In this document: piece by piece, positions 25,082 to 37,900 of the stretch | How the letters are laid out: each line of letters opens with the position of its first letter | How positions within the stretch are numbered: the first letter of the stretch is position 1 | Assembly (NCBI GenBank): GCA_964016885.1 | Contig: OZ024744.1 | Coordinates: 91,264,001 to 91,328,000 of the forward strand | Length of the DNA stretch: 64,000 bases | DNA from: Eledone cirrhosa | Taxonomy: Eukaryota | Direction of reading: 5' to 3' | Position numbers and translations under genes: made by a program | The notes under the pieces: generated by a model | The model's database searches: none | Told to the model about the DNA's origin: nothing | Seen by the model: the letters and a program-made list of their open reading frames with translations, nothing else

Positions 25082-25158
25082 TACGCGCGTTTCACAGAGG
25101 ATTGGCCCAAGGTCACAAATATGAACCCGACTCCATTATCGATCTGCTCATCAGAGTG
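25082..25158 (-). ncRNA. Type I hammerhead motif with long stem II; stem I decayed
   Basis: Minus strand: CTGATGA-GCAGA...TCTGT-GAAAC-GCGC-GTA. The palindrome is ACGCGCGT, the triplet is GUA and stem I pairing is poor. Confidence 0.6.
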
Positions 25159-25170
25159 GTGATTCCACAA

Positions 25171-25259
<89 letters not shown>

Positions 25260-25792
25260 TAATATGCTTCGCTTATTATTGATGGCCGCAAAAAGGAGTA
25301 CTCAATACTTTAGTAGAGATTAATAGTTTCTTTAGCCTGGGGTTTCGCCTGAGTATTGACAGGCGCAACTCTGAGTAACTTGGTCTTAATATAGAAAACA
25401 CACACACACACATATGTATACATATATATATATACACACTCTATGTAAAATTTTGTGTGCGTGTACGTATGTATTGTGTATGTTTGTTTGAGTGTAAGTG
25501 CGTATGTATGTATGTTTGTATGTATATGGGGGTTACTGCTGGCCTTGTGCCAAAAGTAGAAACAATTATTTACATAACCTATACCTAAAACGAAGGCAGG
25601 ACAATATAATAAAATAAAATATCTTGTGTTGAGAGATTTTATTTTCGTTGTCATTTCCTTTTTTTTTTTGGTTTTGGTTTGTAGAACTACTGAGAAAGAA
25701 AGTAAATTTAAAAAAAAAACTTTGGTTTTGTTTTTGTTTTTTACTTATTCAATTTTAGCGACTTAATAGAAATTTTAGTTTCAATGCTTAAT

Positions 25793-26280
25793 GAAGAAGA
25801 AGGAGGAACAGGAGGATGAGAAAGAGGAAGAGGATAAGATGAAGAAGGAAGAAAGAAGGAGAATGGGAAGAAGAATAAAAAGAATAAAAAAAGGAGTAGA
25901 GGAAGAAAGAAAGAAGGGGAAGAAGAAGGAGAACTAGGAGGAGAACGAGAAGAAAAAGAAAGAAGGAAGGAGAATGAGAAGAAAAAATAAAATGAAAGAG
26001 GAGGAAAAGAGAAAAGGAGAAGGAAGAAAGAAGGAGGATGAGAAGCAGAAGATGAAGAACGAGAAGGAGAATGGGAAGAAAAAGGGGGAGAAAAAGAAAT
26101 AAGAATGAGAAGGAGGAGAAGGAGAATGAGAAGAAAAAAGAAGAAGAAAGAAAGAGAATGAGAAGGAAGAAAGTAAGGAGGAGGAGAAGAAGAAGAAGAA
26201 AGAAGAATGAGAAGAAAGACAGAAGGCAGAAGAAAGAAGTAGAGAAGAAGAAGAAGAAGAAGAAGAAGAAGAAGAAGAAA
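25793..26280. repeat. Polypurine (GAA/GGA)-rich low-complexity tract
   Basis: Directly visible in the sequence. Confidence 0.93.
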
Positions 26281-26399
26281 TTCTCAACTCAATATTTTTC
26301 TTGTTTACAACATTTTAATTGCCTTGCTCCAATTTTCAAAGATTTATGAAAAAAGAAAAGAAAAATTATGTAAACAAAGAATTTGTTTTATTAGGTTGT

Positions 26400-27290
26400 C
26401 AGGCAACAAGTCACCAAATATGCTGGTGGGCTGGCAGGAACCATTCTCTGCAACAGTGGAGAAACGAAAAGCTTTAAAATTAGGTGGTTTTGTTTCATAA
26501 GAACCCAGAGTTTGTTTTTGGTCAAGGTTGATTTCAAAAGGGGTTAAACAGCACACTTTTAAAACTAGTAACTAACTATACATACAAACTCTTCAGTTTT
26601 TATTTTTATTTCATACTAAATATGGAATTATGTCTTGGAGTAGTGAAAAGATGAAGAAGAGAAAAGCTTGCCTGCTACAGACATATATCTTAATCATAAC
26701 ATGGTTCATTACTTTACAAAACCATTCTCCAGGGCATAGTTGAAGGAGAGTGAAGAATAATGAAAATCTTGATCAGTCAACATAAAAAAACCTGAGCAAG
26801 GGTATTAACAGTGCAACCCTTCTCTATATGATGAAGGACAAAAATGAGAGAGATCTGTGGTGATTGTTGACTACCAGAATGTCTACAGTGGCAGACAAAG
26901 AAGATCTTGGTCTGACAACATCAAAAACTTGAGCAAGAGTATTAACATAACATTTCTACATATGATGAAGGACAAACATTAGAGAGATCTGTGATGATTG
27001 CTGATCACCAGAACATCTACAGTAGCACCCCCTCAGTTAAAGTAGGGTGAAGAGGCAGAGAAAGAAGATTTTGATCTAACAACATCAAAAACTCGTGCAA
27101 TGGTTATTAACAGTGCAACCCTTCTTCATATTATGAAGGGCAGAGATCAGAGAGATCTGTGGTGATTGCTGACCACCAGAAAGTCTATAGTGACATCCCC
27201 CTCAGTTGAGAGAGAGAGAGAGAGAGAGTGATGAAGAGGCAGACAAAGAAGATCTTGATCAGACAACACCAAGAACTAGAATAGGGATAT
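26400..27290 (+). mobile_element. Degenerate RTE-like C-terminal coding fragment with ~3 tandem copies of its end
   Basis: Broken translations LVGWQEPFSATVEKRK, KTILQGIVEG and GRQRRSWSDNIKN. The last segment recurs at about 26760, 26890, 27054 and 27237. Confidence 0.6.
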
Positions 27291-27739
27291 TGGTATTGTA
27301 CCTTGCTCAGAGGGAACTGTAAAATTTGGCTGAGATTTTTTACAGCTGGATGCCCTTCCTAACACCAACCTCGTTTACAGTGTGGCACTGGATGGCTCCG
27401 TTATAAGGAGGGACAGGCCAGTTGACCAGTTGGCCACACTGAACCCTTCTCACAGCGGAACCATAGTTTGGCAGTCGCAACCACAGATTTACAGTGTGGA
27501 ATGACACTGTTATGAGGAGAGAGAGAGGTCAGTTGGCCACGTCATACCCTGCTCACAGCAGAACCATAATTTGGGACCCTCAACCACATTTACAGTGTGG
27601 AACTGGAGGGCACCATTACGAGGAGGGACTAATTAATGAAAATTTGAAACAGAAAATTTGTTCTAATCCACATATCACACCTACTATTACATGTGTATTG
27701 ATTTTGATGAATATAGATAAAGAAATAACAGCTTAGCAG

Positions 27740-28170
27740 CTGTATTGCAGATTAGCATAGAGCTATGGCCCTTTACGGTCTGATTTGAAATCCCGCCAAG
27801 GTTAGCTTTGCCTTTCATCCTTACAGGGTTGGTAAAATAAAGTACCAGTAATGCACTGGGGTTGATCTAATCGACTCCCCCCCCCCCCCCCCCAAAAAAA
27901 AAATTTGCTGACCCTGTGCCTAAAGTAGGAATCAATATCATTATTATAAGGCCAGTAGATTGGCAGAATCGGTAGAGCACCAGACACCATACTTTGCAGC
28001 ATAGAGATATGGTCCTTTACGGTCTGAGTTCAGATCCTGTCGAGGTTAGCTTTGCTTTTCATCCTTACGGAGGTCGATAAAATAAAGTACCAGTAATACA
28101 CTGGATTCAATGTAATCAACTTACCCCTTCCCTCAAATTATTGGCCTTGTGCCTAAAGTAGAAAGCATTA
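27740..28170 (+). mobile_element. Two tandem SINE-derived units
   Basis: GGTTAGCTTTGCCTTTCATCCTTACGG..GTCGATAAAATAAAGTACCAGTA occurs twice. The second unit has the head TGGCAGAATCGGTAGAGC. Confidence 0.8.
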
Positions 28171-28369
28171 TAACTGGTGGAAATCACACCCCCATATTAT
28201 CTCATTTTTGGCCTGCTGTGCCCTCTCCCCCAAGGATATAATGGCCCTTTTGAGTCTTTCTGGTTGAGATCTCTGATTGAAGGAGTGACCTCACTCTAAG
28301 GGGATGTTGAGGAATGCTGATAGTTTACTTAACCTGATTTTCCTGTCAGACCACTCCAAGTTAATGTGC

Positions 28370-28458
28370 TCTCTTCCTCTGTCTGCCCCCCCTCTCTCTC
28401 TCTCCTTCTCTCTCTCTCTCTTCATCTGTCTGTCTCTCTCTCTCTCTTTCTATCTTCT

Positions 28459-28489
<31 letters not shown>

Positions 28490-28630
28490 TCCTTTCTCTT
28501 CCTCTGACTGTCTCCCTCTCTCCCTCTCTCCCTCTCTTTCTCTCAATATCACCCTCACCTCTTTCTTCTTCTCCCTCTCTGTCCCCCTCTGTCCCTCTCT
28601 TTGTCTTTCTCCCTCTCCCCATCACTCTCT
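28370..28630. repeat. Polypyrimidine (CT)-rich tract
   Basis: Directly visible in the sequence. Confidence 0.93.
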
Positions 28631-29034
28631 TAACTGTTGTACACCACACCCTTCAGTTCAAACAGTGATGACCTATTATTTGCTGTAACTTCTAAGAACA
28701 GGAACACCCAACCAGCTACAGATGACACCTGACACCGCACACCCACTGTTCCCTCTATTTAACCCCACCACCACCACCACCACAGCACTGCCTGGCACAC
28801 GGGTGACAAGGTGGCATACCTGACACCCTCACACCTGCACTGCTTTTATCAAATGGGGTCCTCAAGAAATATCTACCAAGGGGATACACGACAACTGACC
28901 TAGTTTACTTCACCAGCACAATCATTAAACATTTCAAAGAAACCAAGCTATAATGAAGCAACATCTACCATCTACATGGTTGCTTGATTGATCTATTGGA
29001 AATAGTAGTCAAATTCTCCCTTAAATTACACTAT

Positions 29035-29640
29035 TATCATCATCATCATAATCATCATCATCACCATTATCACTGTTTAATGTTCGTTTTTCCATGCTAG
29101 GATGGGTTAGAGGAGTTGTCCTGACATGGTGAGACAAGCCATATCAGATGAACATGACTTGCTCATACAGAATGGTTTGGGGCTGGATGCCCTTCCTAAC
29201 ACCAATCACTTTTTGTCATGTCACCAACACAACCACTTTACAGTGTGGCTTGGATGCTTTTTATCGAGACACCTACATGACCACTTTACAGAGAGGGCTG
29301 GGTGCTTTTTGTTGTGTCATGAACATGACCACTTTATAGAGTGGACTGGGCGCTTTTTGTCATGTCACCAACACAACCACTTTACAGTGTGGCTTGGGTG
29401 CTTTTTGTCATGTCACCAACACAACCACTTTACAGTGTGGCTTGGGTGCTTTTTGTCATGTTACCAATACAACCACTTTACAGTGGGGCTTGGGTGCTTT
29501 TTGTCATGTCACTAACACAACCACTTTACAGTGTGGCTTGGGTGCTTTTTATTGCGACACCTACATGACCACTTTACAGACAGGGCTGGGTGCTTTTTGT
29601 TGTGTCATGAACATGACCACTTTACAGTATGGACTGGTGG
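29035..29640 (-). mobile_element. RTE-type 3' end with an expanded 48-bp minisatellite (about 9 copies)
   Basis: (CAT)n, TTTTCCATGCTAGGATGGGTTAG and CTGGATGCCCTTCCTAACACCAA are followed by repeats of ACCACTTTACAGTGTGGCTTGGGTGCTTTTTGTCATGTCACCAACACA with period 48. Confidence 0.8.
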
Positions 29641-29849
29641 CTGAGGTAGGAGAGGTAGATCTAGGATGTAGTGGGGGACTTATATGGCGATGAGAAGGAT
29701 ATTAGGATATGGGAGGTGTATGGAAGGGGAGTGGGAGTGGAAAGGTAGGGGAATGTAGTGCATTCTACAAGGGAGATGTATGTTTCAACTTGTGCACATG
29801 GGAAGGAGGGTCATCTATATTAAAAATAAGAATAGCTACATTGAATAGT

Positions 29850-30122
29850 TAATGTTGCCCTAGATACACTATATGTGAAGGAAATAAAACCACAGGGTGG
29901 CAATGACTGGAAGGCCTTTGATCACAGGTTTCTTTGATCAGATTTAGATTTAGACTGACCTGGGCTTAAATGATATCAAAGAAAACTGTCTTAAATTACA
30001 CCTTTTCTGTTTATAAACAATATATACCTAATAAATTCCAGCACAGACTTGTCTTCACAATCTCTTATGATCTCACTGTAATCTCATATGAGTATGACAT
30101 TACCAAATGTGTATCATGACAC
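29850..30122 (+). repeat. Left 273-bp unique arm of a large inverted duplication
   Basis: Reverse complement of 33972-34244, with 4 substitutions seen. Confidence 0.95.
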
Positions 30123-32815
30123 AAGCTGAACTGGCTCTTCCATCATATAGGCTGAACTGGCTCTTCCATCATATAGGCTGAACTGGCTCTTCCATCATAT
30201 AGGCTGAACTGGCTCTTCCATCATATAAGCTGAACTGGCCTTCTGTCATATAAGCTGAACTGGCTCTTCTGTCACATTAGCATAACTGGCTCTTCTGTCA
30301 AATAGCCTGAACTGGCTCTTCTGTCAAATAGCCTGAACTGGCTCTTCTATCATAAAAGCTGAACTAGCACTTCCATCATATAGGCTGATCTGGTTCTTCC
30401 ATCATATAGCCTGAACTGGCTCTTCCGTCATATAAGCTGAGCTGGCTCTTCCATCATATATGCTGAACTGGTAATCCATCATATAAGCTGAACTGGCTCT
30501 TCTGACACATTAGCATAACTGGCCCTTCTGTCATATAGCCTGAACTGGCTCTTCCATCATATAGGCTGAACTGCCTCTTCCATCACATAGGTTGAACTGG
30601 CTCTTCCATCATATAGGCTGAACTGGCTCTTCCATCATATAGGCTGAACTTGTTCTTCCATCATATAGGCTGAACTTGTTCTTCCACGATATAGGCTGAA
30701 CTGGCTCTTACATCATATAGACAGAACTGGTTCTTCCATCATATAGGATGGACTTGTTCTTCCATCATATAAGCTGAACTGGCTCTTCCATCATATAAGC
30801 AGAACTGGCTCTTCCATCACATAGGCTGAACTGGCTCTTCCATCATATAAGCTAACTAGCTCTTCTGTCATATAAGCTGAACTAGCTCTTCTGTCATATA
30901 GCCTAAACTGGCTATTCCATCATATTGGCTGAACTGGCTCTTCCATCATATAGGTTGAACTGGCTCTTCCATCATATAAGCTGAACTAGCCTTCTGTCAT
31001 ATAAGCTGAACTGGCTTTTCTGTCACATTAGCATAACTGGCTCTTCTGTCAAATAGCCTGAACTGGCTCTTCCATCATATAAGCTGAACTAGCTCTTCCA
31101 TCATATAGGCTGATCTGGCTCTTCCATCATATAGGCTGATCTGGCTCTTCCATCATATAGCCTGAACTGGCTCTTCCGTCATATAAGCTGAACTGGCTCT
31201 TCTGACACATTAGCATAACTGGCCCTTCTGTCATATAGCCTGAACTGGCTCTTCCATCATATAGGCTGAACTGCCTCTTCCACCACATAGGTTGAACTGG
31301 CTCTTCCATCATATAGGCTGAACTGGCTCTTCCATCATATAAGCTAACTAGCTCTTCTGTCATATAAGCTGAACTAGCTCTTCTGTCATATAGCCTAAAC
31401 TGGCTCTTCCATCATATTGGCTGAACTTGCTCTTCCATCACATAGGCTGAACTGGCTCTTCCATCATATAGGCGATCTGGCTCTTTGATCATATAAGCTG
31501 AACTAGCTCTTCCATCATATAGGCTGATCTGGCTCTTCCATCATATAGCCTGAACTGGCTCTTCCATCATATAGGCTGAACTGGCTCTTCTGTCTTATAA
31601 GCTGAACTGGATCTTCTGGCACATTAGCATAACTGGCTCTTCTGTCATATAGCCTGAACTGGCTCTTCCATCATATAGGCTGAACTGCCTCTTCCATCAC
31701 ATAGGTTGAACTGGCTTTTCCATCATATAGGCTGAACTGGCTCTTCCATCATATAAGCTGAACTGGTTCTTCCATCATATAGGCTGAACTGGCTCTTACA
31801 ACATATAGGCTGAACTGGTTCTTCCATCATATAGGATGGACTTGTTCTTCCATCAAATAAGCTGAACTGGCTCTTCCATCAAATAAGCAGAACTGGCTCT
31901 TCCATCATATAAGCAGAACTGGCTCTTCCGTCACATAGGCTGAACTGGCTCTTCCAACATATAAGCTGAACTAGCTCTCCTGTCATATAGCCTGAACTGA
32001 CTCTTCCATCATATTGGCTGAACTTGCGCTTCCATCACATAGGCTGAACTGGCTCTTCCATCATATAGGCTGATCTGGCTCTTCTGTCATATAAACTGAA
32101 CTAGCTCTTCCATCATATAGGCTGATCTGGCTCTTCCATCATATAGCCTGAACTGGCTCTTCTGTCATATAAGCTGAACTGGCTTCTCTATCATATAAGC
32201 TGAACTGGCTCTTCTGTCATATAAGCTGAACTGGCTCTTTTGGCACATTAGCATAACTGGCTCTTCTGTCATATAGCCTGAACTGGCTCTTCCATCATAT
32301 AGGCTGAACTGCCTCTTTCATCACATAGGTTGAACTGGCTCTTCCATCATATAGGCTGAACTGGCTCTTCCATCCTATTGGCTGAACTGGCTCTTATATC
32401 ATATAGGCTTAACTGGTTCTTCCATCATATAGGATGGACTTGTTATTCCATCATATAAGCTGAACTGGCTCTTCCGTCATATAAGCAGAACTGGCTCTTC
32501 CGTCATATAAGCAGAACTGGCTCTTCCATCATATAAGCTGAACTAGCTCTTCCGTCATATAAGCTGAACTAGCTTTTCTGTCATATAGCCTGAACTGGCT
32601 CTTCCATCATATTGGCTGAACTGGCTCTTCCATCATATAGGCTGATCTGGCTCTTCTGTCATATAAGCTGAACTAGCTCTTCCATCATATAGGCTGATCT
32701 GGCTCTTCCATCATATAGCCTGAACTGGCTCTTCCATCGATTAGGCTTAACGGACTCTTCCATCATATAGGCTGAACTTGTTGTTCCATCATATAAGCTG
32801 AACAGGCTCTTCCCT
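30123..32815 (+). repeat. 26-bp satellite in forward orientation (~100 copies)
   Basis: Consensus AGGCTGAACTGGCTCTTCCATCATAT. Confidence 0.97.
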
Positions 32816-33971
32816 CAGTTCAGCCTATGTGATGGAAGAGCCAGTCAAGCCTATATGATGGAAGAGCCAGTCCAGCCTAATGTGACGGAAGAGCCAGTCC
32901 AGCCTATGTGATGGAAGAGCCAGTTCAGGTTATATGATGGAAGAGCCAGTTCTGCTAATGTGACAGAAACATCAGTTCAGCCTATATAATGGAAGGGCCA
33001 GTTCTGCTAATGTGACGGAAGAGCCAGTTCTGCTAATGTGACAGAAGAGCCATTTCAGCTTATATGATGTAAGAGCCAGTTCAGCCTATATGATGGAAGA
33101 GCCAGTCCAGCCTAATGTGATGGAAGAGCCAGTCTAGCCCATATGATGAAGAGCCAGTTCAGCCTATATGATGGAAGAGCCAGTTCAGTCTATATGATGG
33201 AAGAGCCAGTTCAGCTTATATGACGGAAGAGCCAGTTCAGGCTATATGATGGAAGAGCCAGATCAGCCTATATGATGAAAGAGCTAGTTCAGACTATATG
33301 ATGGAAGAGGCAGTTCAGCTTATATGATGGAAGAGCCAGTTCAGGCTATATGACAGAAGAGCCAGTTATGCTAATGTGACAGAAGAGCCAGTTCAGCTTA
33401 TATGATGGAAGAGCCAGTTCAGCTTATATGATGGAAGAGCCAATTCAGTTTATATGACAGAAGAGCCAGTTCAGCTTATATGAATGAAGAGCCAGTTCAG
33501 CTTATATGAATGAAGAGCCAGTTCAGCTTATATGATGGAAGAGCCAGTTCAGCCTATATGATGGAAGAGCCAGTTCAGTCTATATGATGGAAGAGCCAGT
33601 TCAGCTTATATGACGGAAGAGCCAGTTCAGGCTATATGATGGAAGAGCCAGATCAGCCTATATGATGAAAGAGCTAGTTCAGGCTATATGATGGAAGAGG
33701 CAGTTCAGCTTATATGATGGAAGAGCCAGTTCAGGCTATATGACAGAAGAGCCAGTTATGCTAATGTGACAGAAGAGCCAGTTCAGCTTATATGATGGAA
33801 GAGCCAGTTCAGCTTATATGATGGAAGAGCCAATTCAGTTTATATGACAGAAGAGCCAGTTGAGCTTATATGATGGAAGAGCCAGTTCAGCTTATATGAA
33901 TGAAGAGCCAGTTCAGCTTATATGATGGAAGAGCCAGTTCAGCCTATATGATGGAAGAGCCAGTTCAGCTT
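32816..33971 (-). repeat. 26-bp satellite in inverted orientation (~44 copies) with a 390-bp higher-order duplication
   Basis: Orientation switches at TCCCT|CAGTTCAGCC. The variant pattern at 33151 recurs at 33541. Confidence 0.97.
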
Positions 33972-34244
33972 GTGTCATGATACACATTTGGTAATGTTAT
34001 ACTCATATGAGATTACAGTGAGATCATAAGAGATTGTGAAGACAAGCCTGTGCTGGAATTTATTAGGTATATATTGTTTATAAACAGAAAAGGTGTAATT
34101 TAAGACAGTTTTCTTTGATATCATTTAAGCCCAGGTCAGTCTAAATCTAAATCTGATCAAAGAAACCTGTGATCAATGGCCTTCCAGTCATTGCCACCCT
34201 GTGGTTTTATTTCCTTCACAGATAGTGTATCTAGGGCAACATTA
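33972..34244 (-). repeat. Right 273-bp arm of the inverted duplication
   Basis: Reverse complement of 29850-30122. Confidence 0.95.
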
Positions 34245-34320
34245 TATAGCCTGAACTGGCTCTTGCATCATATAGGCTGAACTGGCTCTTCCATCATATT
34301 GGCAGGACTGGCTCTTCCGT
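34245..34320 (+). repeat. Three more forward-oriented 26-bp units outside the right arm
   Basis: TATAGCCTGAACTGGCTCTTGCATCATATAGGCTGAACTGG... Confidence 0.9.
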
Positions 34321-34987
34321 AGTTACAAAATACTTTAATGTTATTCAGTGATTAGCTCTATTCTCTACAAAACCCACTTAACAGAAAGGATAATTTCATA
34401 ACATCTATCCATATTTCATTAGTGCTTATATATGCAGGAGAGAATGTTGATTGCTTTGACACACTCACAGACCCTCCCCCACGGACACGGACACACATAC
34501 GCACTCACCCACCCACCATCCCACACACACACACGCAGACACGCATCCTACCTAGATTGAACCACAAAAGGCTAATATTGCTGGTTGGCAAAGAAAGGGT
34601 CAGACACAAAAACTTTACAATAGCCATGTGGTACCCCAGCATTGCATGGACCTGTCAGTGGAAGTTGACTAAGAATTAGTGGGTATCTTAAAACATTAAT
34701 GGTAAGAACCCGGTAGTCTCACTTCTTAGAGAAACACAATGTGTATGTTGTCGTATATGCATGGTTAGCATTTGTGTTTCTACAGCCTTAAATGTTCACA
34801 TATTCCAGCAATCAAAGAAGTATCTTTCCTTGCAGGCTAACAAACTAGCTTAGACATTTCTGACTTTCTCCACTGTCAAGCTCCTTTGGACATTGTAGCA
34901 TTATTTTTATTCTCATTTATGATTGGGTACATTGATGTGGTTTCATTAGAGATAAGATTTTGTAGGTGATTTCCTGTCACAAATATA

Positions 34988-37900
34988 CACACTGTGAGAT
35001 AGTGTCATCTATAACGGCACACCTTGCCATTGAATGTTGACAGTTACAGAGGAAGTGTTGACTAAGGACACTGTAGGATAGTGTCATCTATAGCAGCACT
35101 CCTTGCCATGTTGACAGTTACAGAGGAAGTGTTGACTAAGGACACTGTAGGATAGTGTCATCTATAGCAGCACTCCTTGCCATGTTGACAGTTACAGAGG
35201 AAGTGTTAACTAAGGAAAGGACACTGTAGGATAGTGTCTTCTATAGCAGCACTCCTTGCCATGTTTACAATTGCAGGGGAAGTGCTGACTAAGGAAAGGA
35301 CACTGTAGGATAGTGTCATCTATAGCAGCACTCCTTGCCATGTTGACAGTTACAGAGGAAGTGTTGACTAAGGACACTGTAGGATAGTGTCATCTATAGC
35401 AACACTCCTTGCCATGTTGACTGTTACAGAGGAAGTGTTGACTAAGGACACTGTAGGATAGTGTCATCTATAGCAGCACTCCTTGCCATGTTGACTGTTA
35501 CAGAGGAAGTGTTGACTAAGGACACTGTAGGATAGTGTCATCTATAGCAGCACTCCTTGCCATGTTGACAGTTACAGAGGAAGTGTTGACTAAGGACACT
35601 GTAGGATAGTGTCATCTATAGCAGCACTCCTTGCCATGTTGACAGTTACAGAGGAAGTGTTGACTAAGGACACTGTAGGATAGTGTCATCTATAGCAGCA
35701 TACCTTGCCATGTTGACAGTTACAGAGGAAGTGTTGACTAAGGACACTGTAGGATAGTGTCATCTATAGCAGCACCCCTTGCCATGTTGACAGTTACAGA
35801 GGAAGTGCTGACTAAGGAAGGGACACAGTAGGATAGTGTCATCTATAGCAGCACTCCTTGCCATGTTGATAGTTACAGAGGAAGTGTTGACTAAGGACAC
35901 TGTAGGATAGTGTCATCTATAGCAGCACTCCTTGCCATGTTGACAGTTACACAGTAAGTGTTGACTAAGGAAAGGACACTGTAGGTTAGTGTCATCTATA
36001 GCAGCACCCCTTGCCATGTTGACAGTTACAGAGGAAGTGTTGACTAAGGAAAGGACACTGTAGGATAGTGTCATCTATAGCAGCACTCCTTGCCATGTTG
36101 ACAGTTGCACAGTAAGTGTTGACTAAGGACACTGTAGGATAGTGTCATCTATAGCAGCACTCCTTGCCATGTTGACAGTTACACAGTAAGTGTTGACTAA
36201 GGAAAGGACACTGTAGGTTAGTGTCATCTATAGCAGCACCCCTTGCCATGTTGACAGTTACAGAAGAAGTGTTGACTAAGGAAAGGACACTGTAGGATAG
36301 TGTCATCTATAGCGGCTCTCCTTGCCATGTTGACAGTTACAGAGGAAGTGTTGACTAAGGACACTGTAGGATAGTGTCATCTATAGCAGCACCCCTTGCC
36401 ATGTTGACAGTTACAGAGGAAGTGTTGACTAAGGAAAGGACACTGTAGGATAGTGTCATCTATAGCAGCACTCCTTGCCATGTTGACAGTTGCACAGTAA
36501 GTGTTGACTAAGGACACTGTAGGATAGTGTCATCTATAGCAGCACTCCTTGCCATGTTGACAGTTACAGAGAAAGTGTTGACTAAGGACACTGTAGGATA
36601 GTGTCATCTATAGCAGCACACCTTGCCATGTTGACAGTTACAGAGGAAGTGTTGACTAAGGAAAGGACACTGGGATAGTGTCATCTATAGCAGCACTCCT
36701 TGCCATGTTGACAGTTGCACAGTAAGTGTTGACTAAGGACACTGTAGGATAGTGTCATCTATAGCAGCACTCCTTGCCATGTTGACAGTTACAGAGGAAG
36801 TGTTGACTAAAAACACTGTAGGATAGTGTCATCTATAGCAGCACTCCTTGCAATGTTGACAGTTGCAGAGGAAGTGTTGACTAAGGACACTGTAGGATAG
36901 TGTCATCTATAGCAGCACTCCTTGCCATGTTGACAGTTACAGAGGAAGTATTGACTAAGGAAAGGACACTGTAGGATAGTGTAATCTATAGCAGCACTCC
37001 TTGCAATGTTGACAGTTGCAGAGGAAGTGTTGACTAAGGACACTGTAGGATAGTGTCATCTATAGCAGCACTCCTTGCCATGTTGACAGTTACAGAGGAA
37101 GTGTTGACTAAGGACACTGTAGGATAGTGTCATCTATAGCAACACTCCTTGCCATGTTGACAGTTACAGAGGAAGTGTTGACTAAGGACACTGTAGGATA
37201 GTGTCATCTATAGCAGCACTCCTTGCCATGTTGACAGTTACAGAGGAAGTGTTGACTAAGGACACTGTAGGATAGTGTCATCTATAGCAGCACTCCTTGC
37301 CATGTTGACAGTTACAGAGGAAGTGTTGACTAAGGACACTGTAGGATAGTGTCATCTATAGCAACACTCCTTGCCATGTTGACTGTTACAGAGGAAGTGT
37401 TGACTAAGGACACTGTAGGATAGTGTCATCTATAGCAGCACTCCTTGCCATGTTGACAGTTACAGAGGAAGTGTTGACTAAGGACACTGTAGGATAGTGT
37501 CATCTATAGCAGCACCCCTTGCCATGTTGACAGTTACAGAGGAAGTGCTGACTAAGGAAGGGACACAGTAGGATAGTGTCATCTATAGCAGCACTCCTTG
37601 CCATGTTGATAGTTACAGAGGAAGTGTTGACTAAGGACACTGTAGGATAGTGTCATCTATAGCAGCACTCCTTGCCATGTTGACAGTTACACAGTAAGTG
37701 TTGACTAAGGAAAGGACACTGTAGGTTAGTGTCATCTATAGCAGCACCCCTTGCCATGTTGACAGTTACAGAGGAAGTGTTGACTAAGGAAAGGACACTG
37801 TAGGATAGTGTCATCTATAGCAGCACTCCTTGCCATGTTGACAGTTGCACAGTAAGTGTTGACTAAGGACACTGTAGGATAGTGTCATCTATAGCAGCAC

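Noticed and set aside
25330-25380. Stem followed by GAAAC on the minus strand (GCCTG..CAGGC-GAAAC) as a hammerhead
   Set aside because: There is no CUGANGA upstream, so it is at most a relic.
26395-26560. Possible host coding exon after TTTTATTAG
   Set aside because: The translation resembles a decayed RTE C-terminus and continues into further RTE-like fragments.
30123-33971. The 26-bp unit (GATGGAAGAGCCAGTTCAGC) resembles the Illumina paired-end adapter GATCGGAAGAGCGGTTCAGC
   Set aside because: The differences are consistent, the variants are structured (390-bp duplication) and the array joins unique flanks cleanly, all arguing for real satellite. Adapter trimming might still clip reads here.
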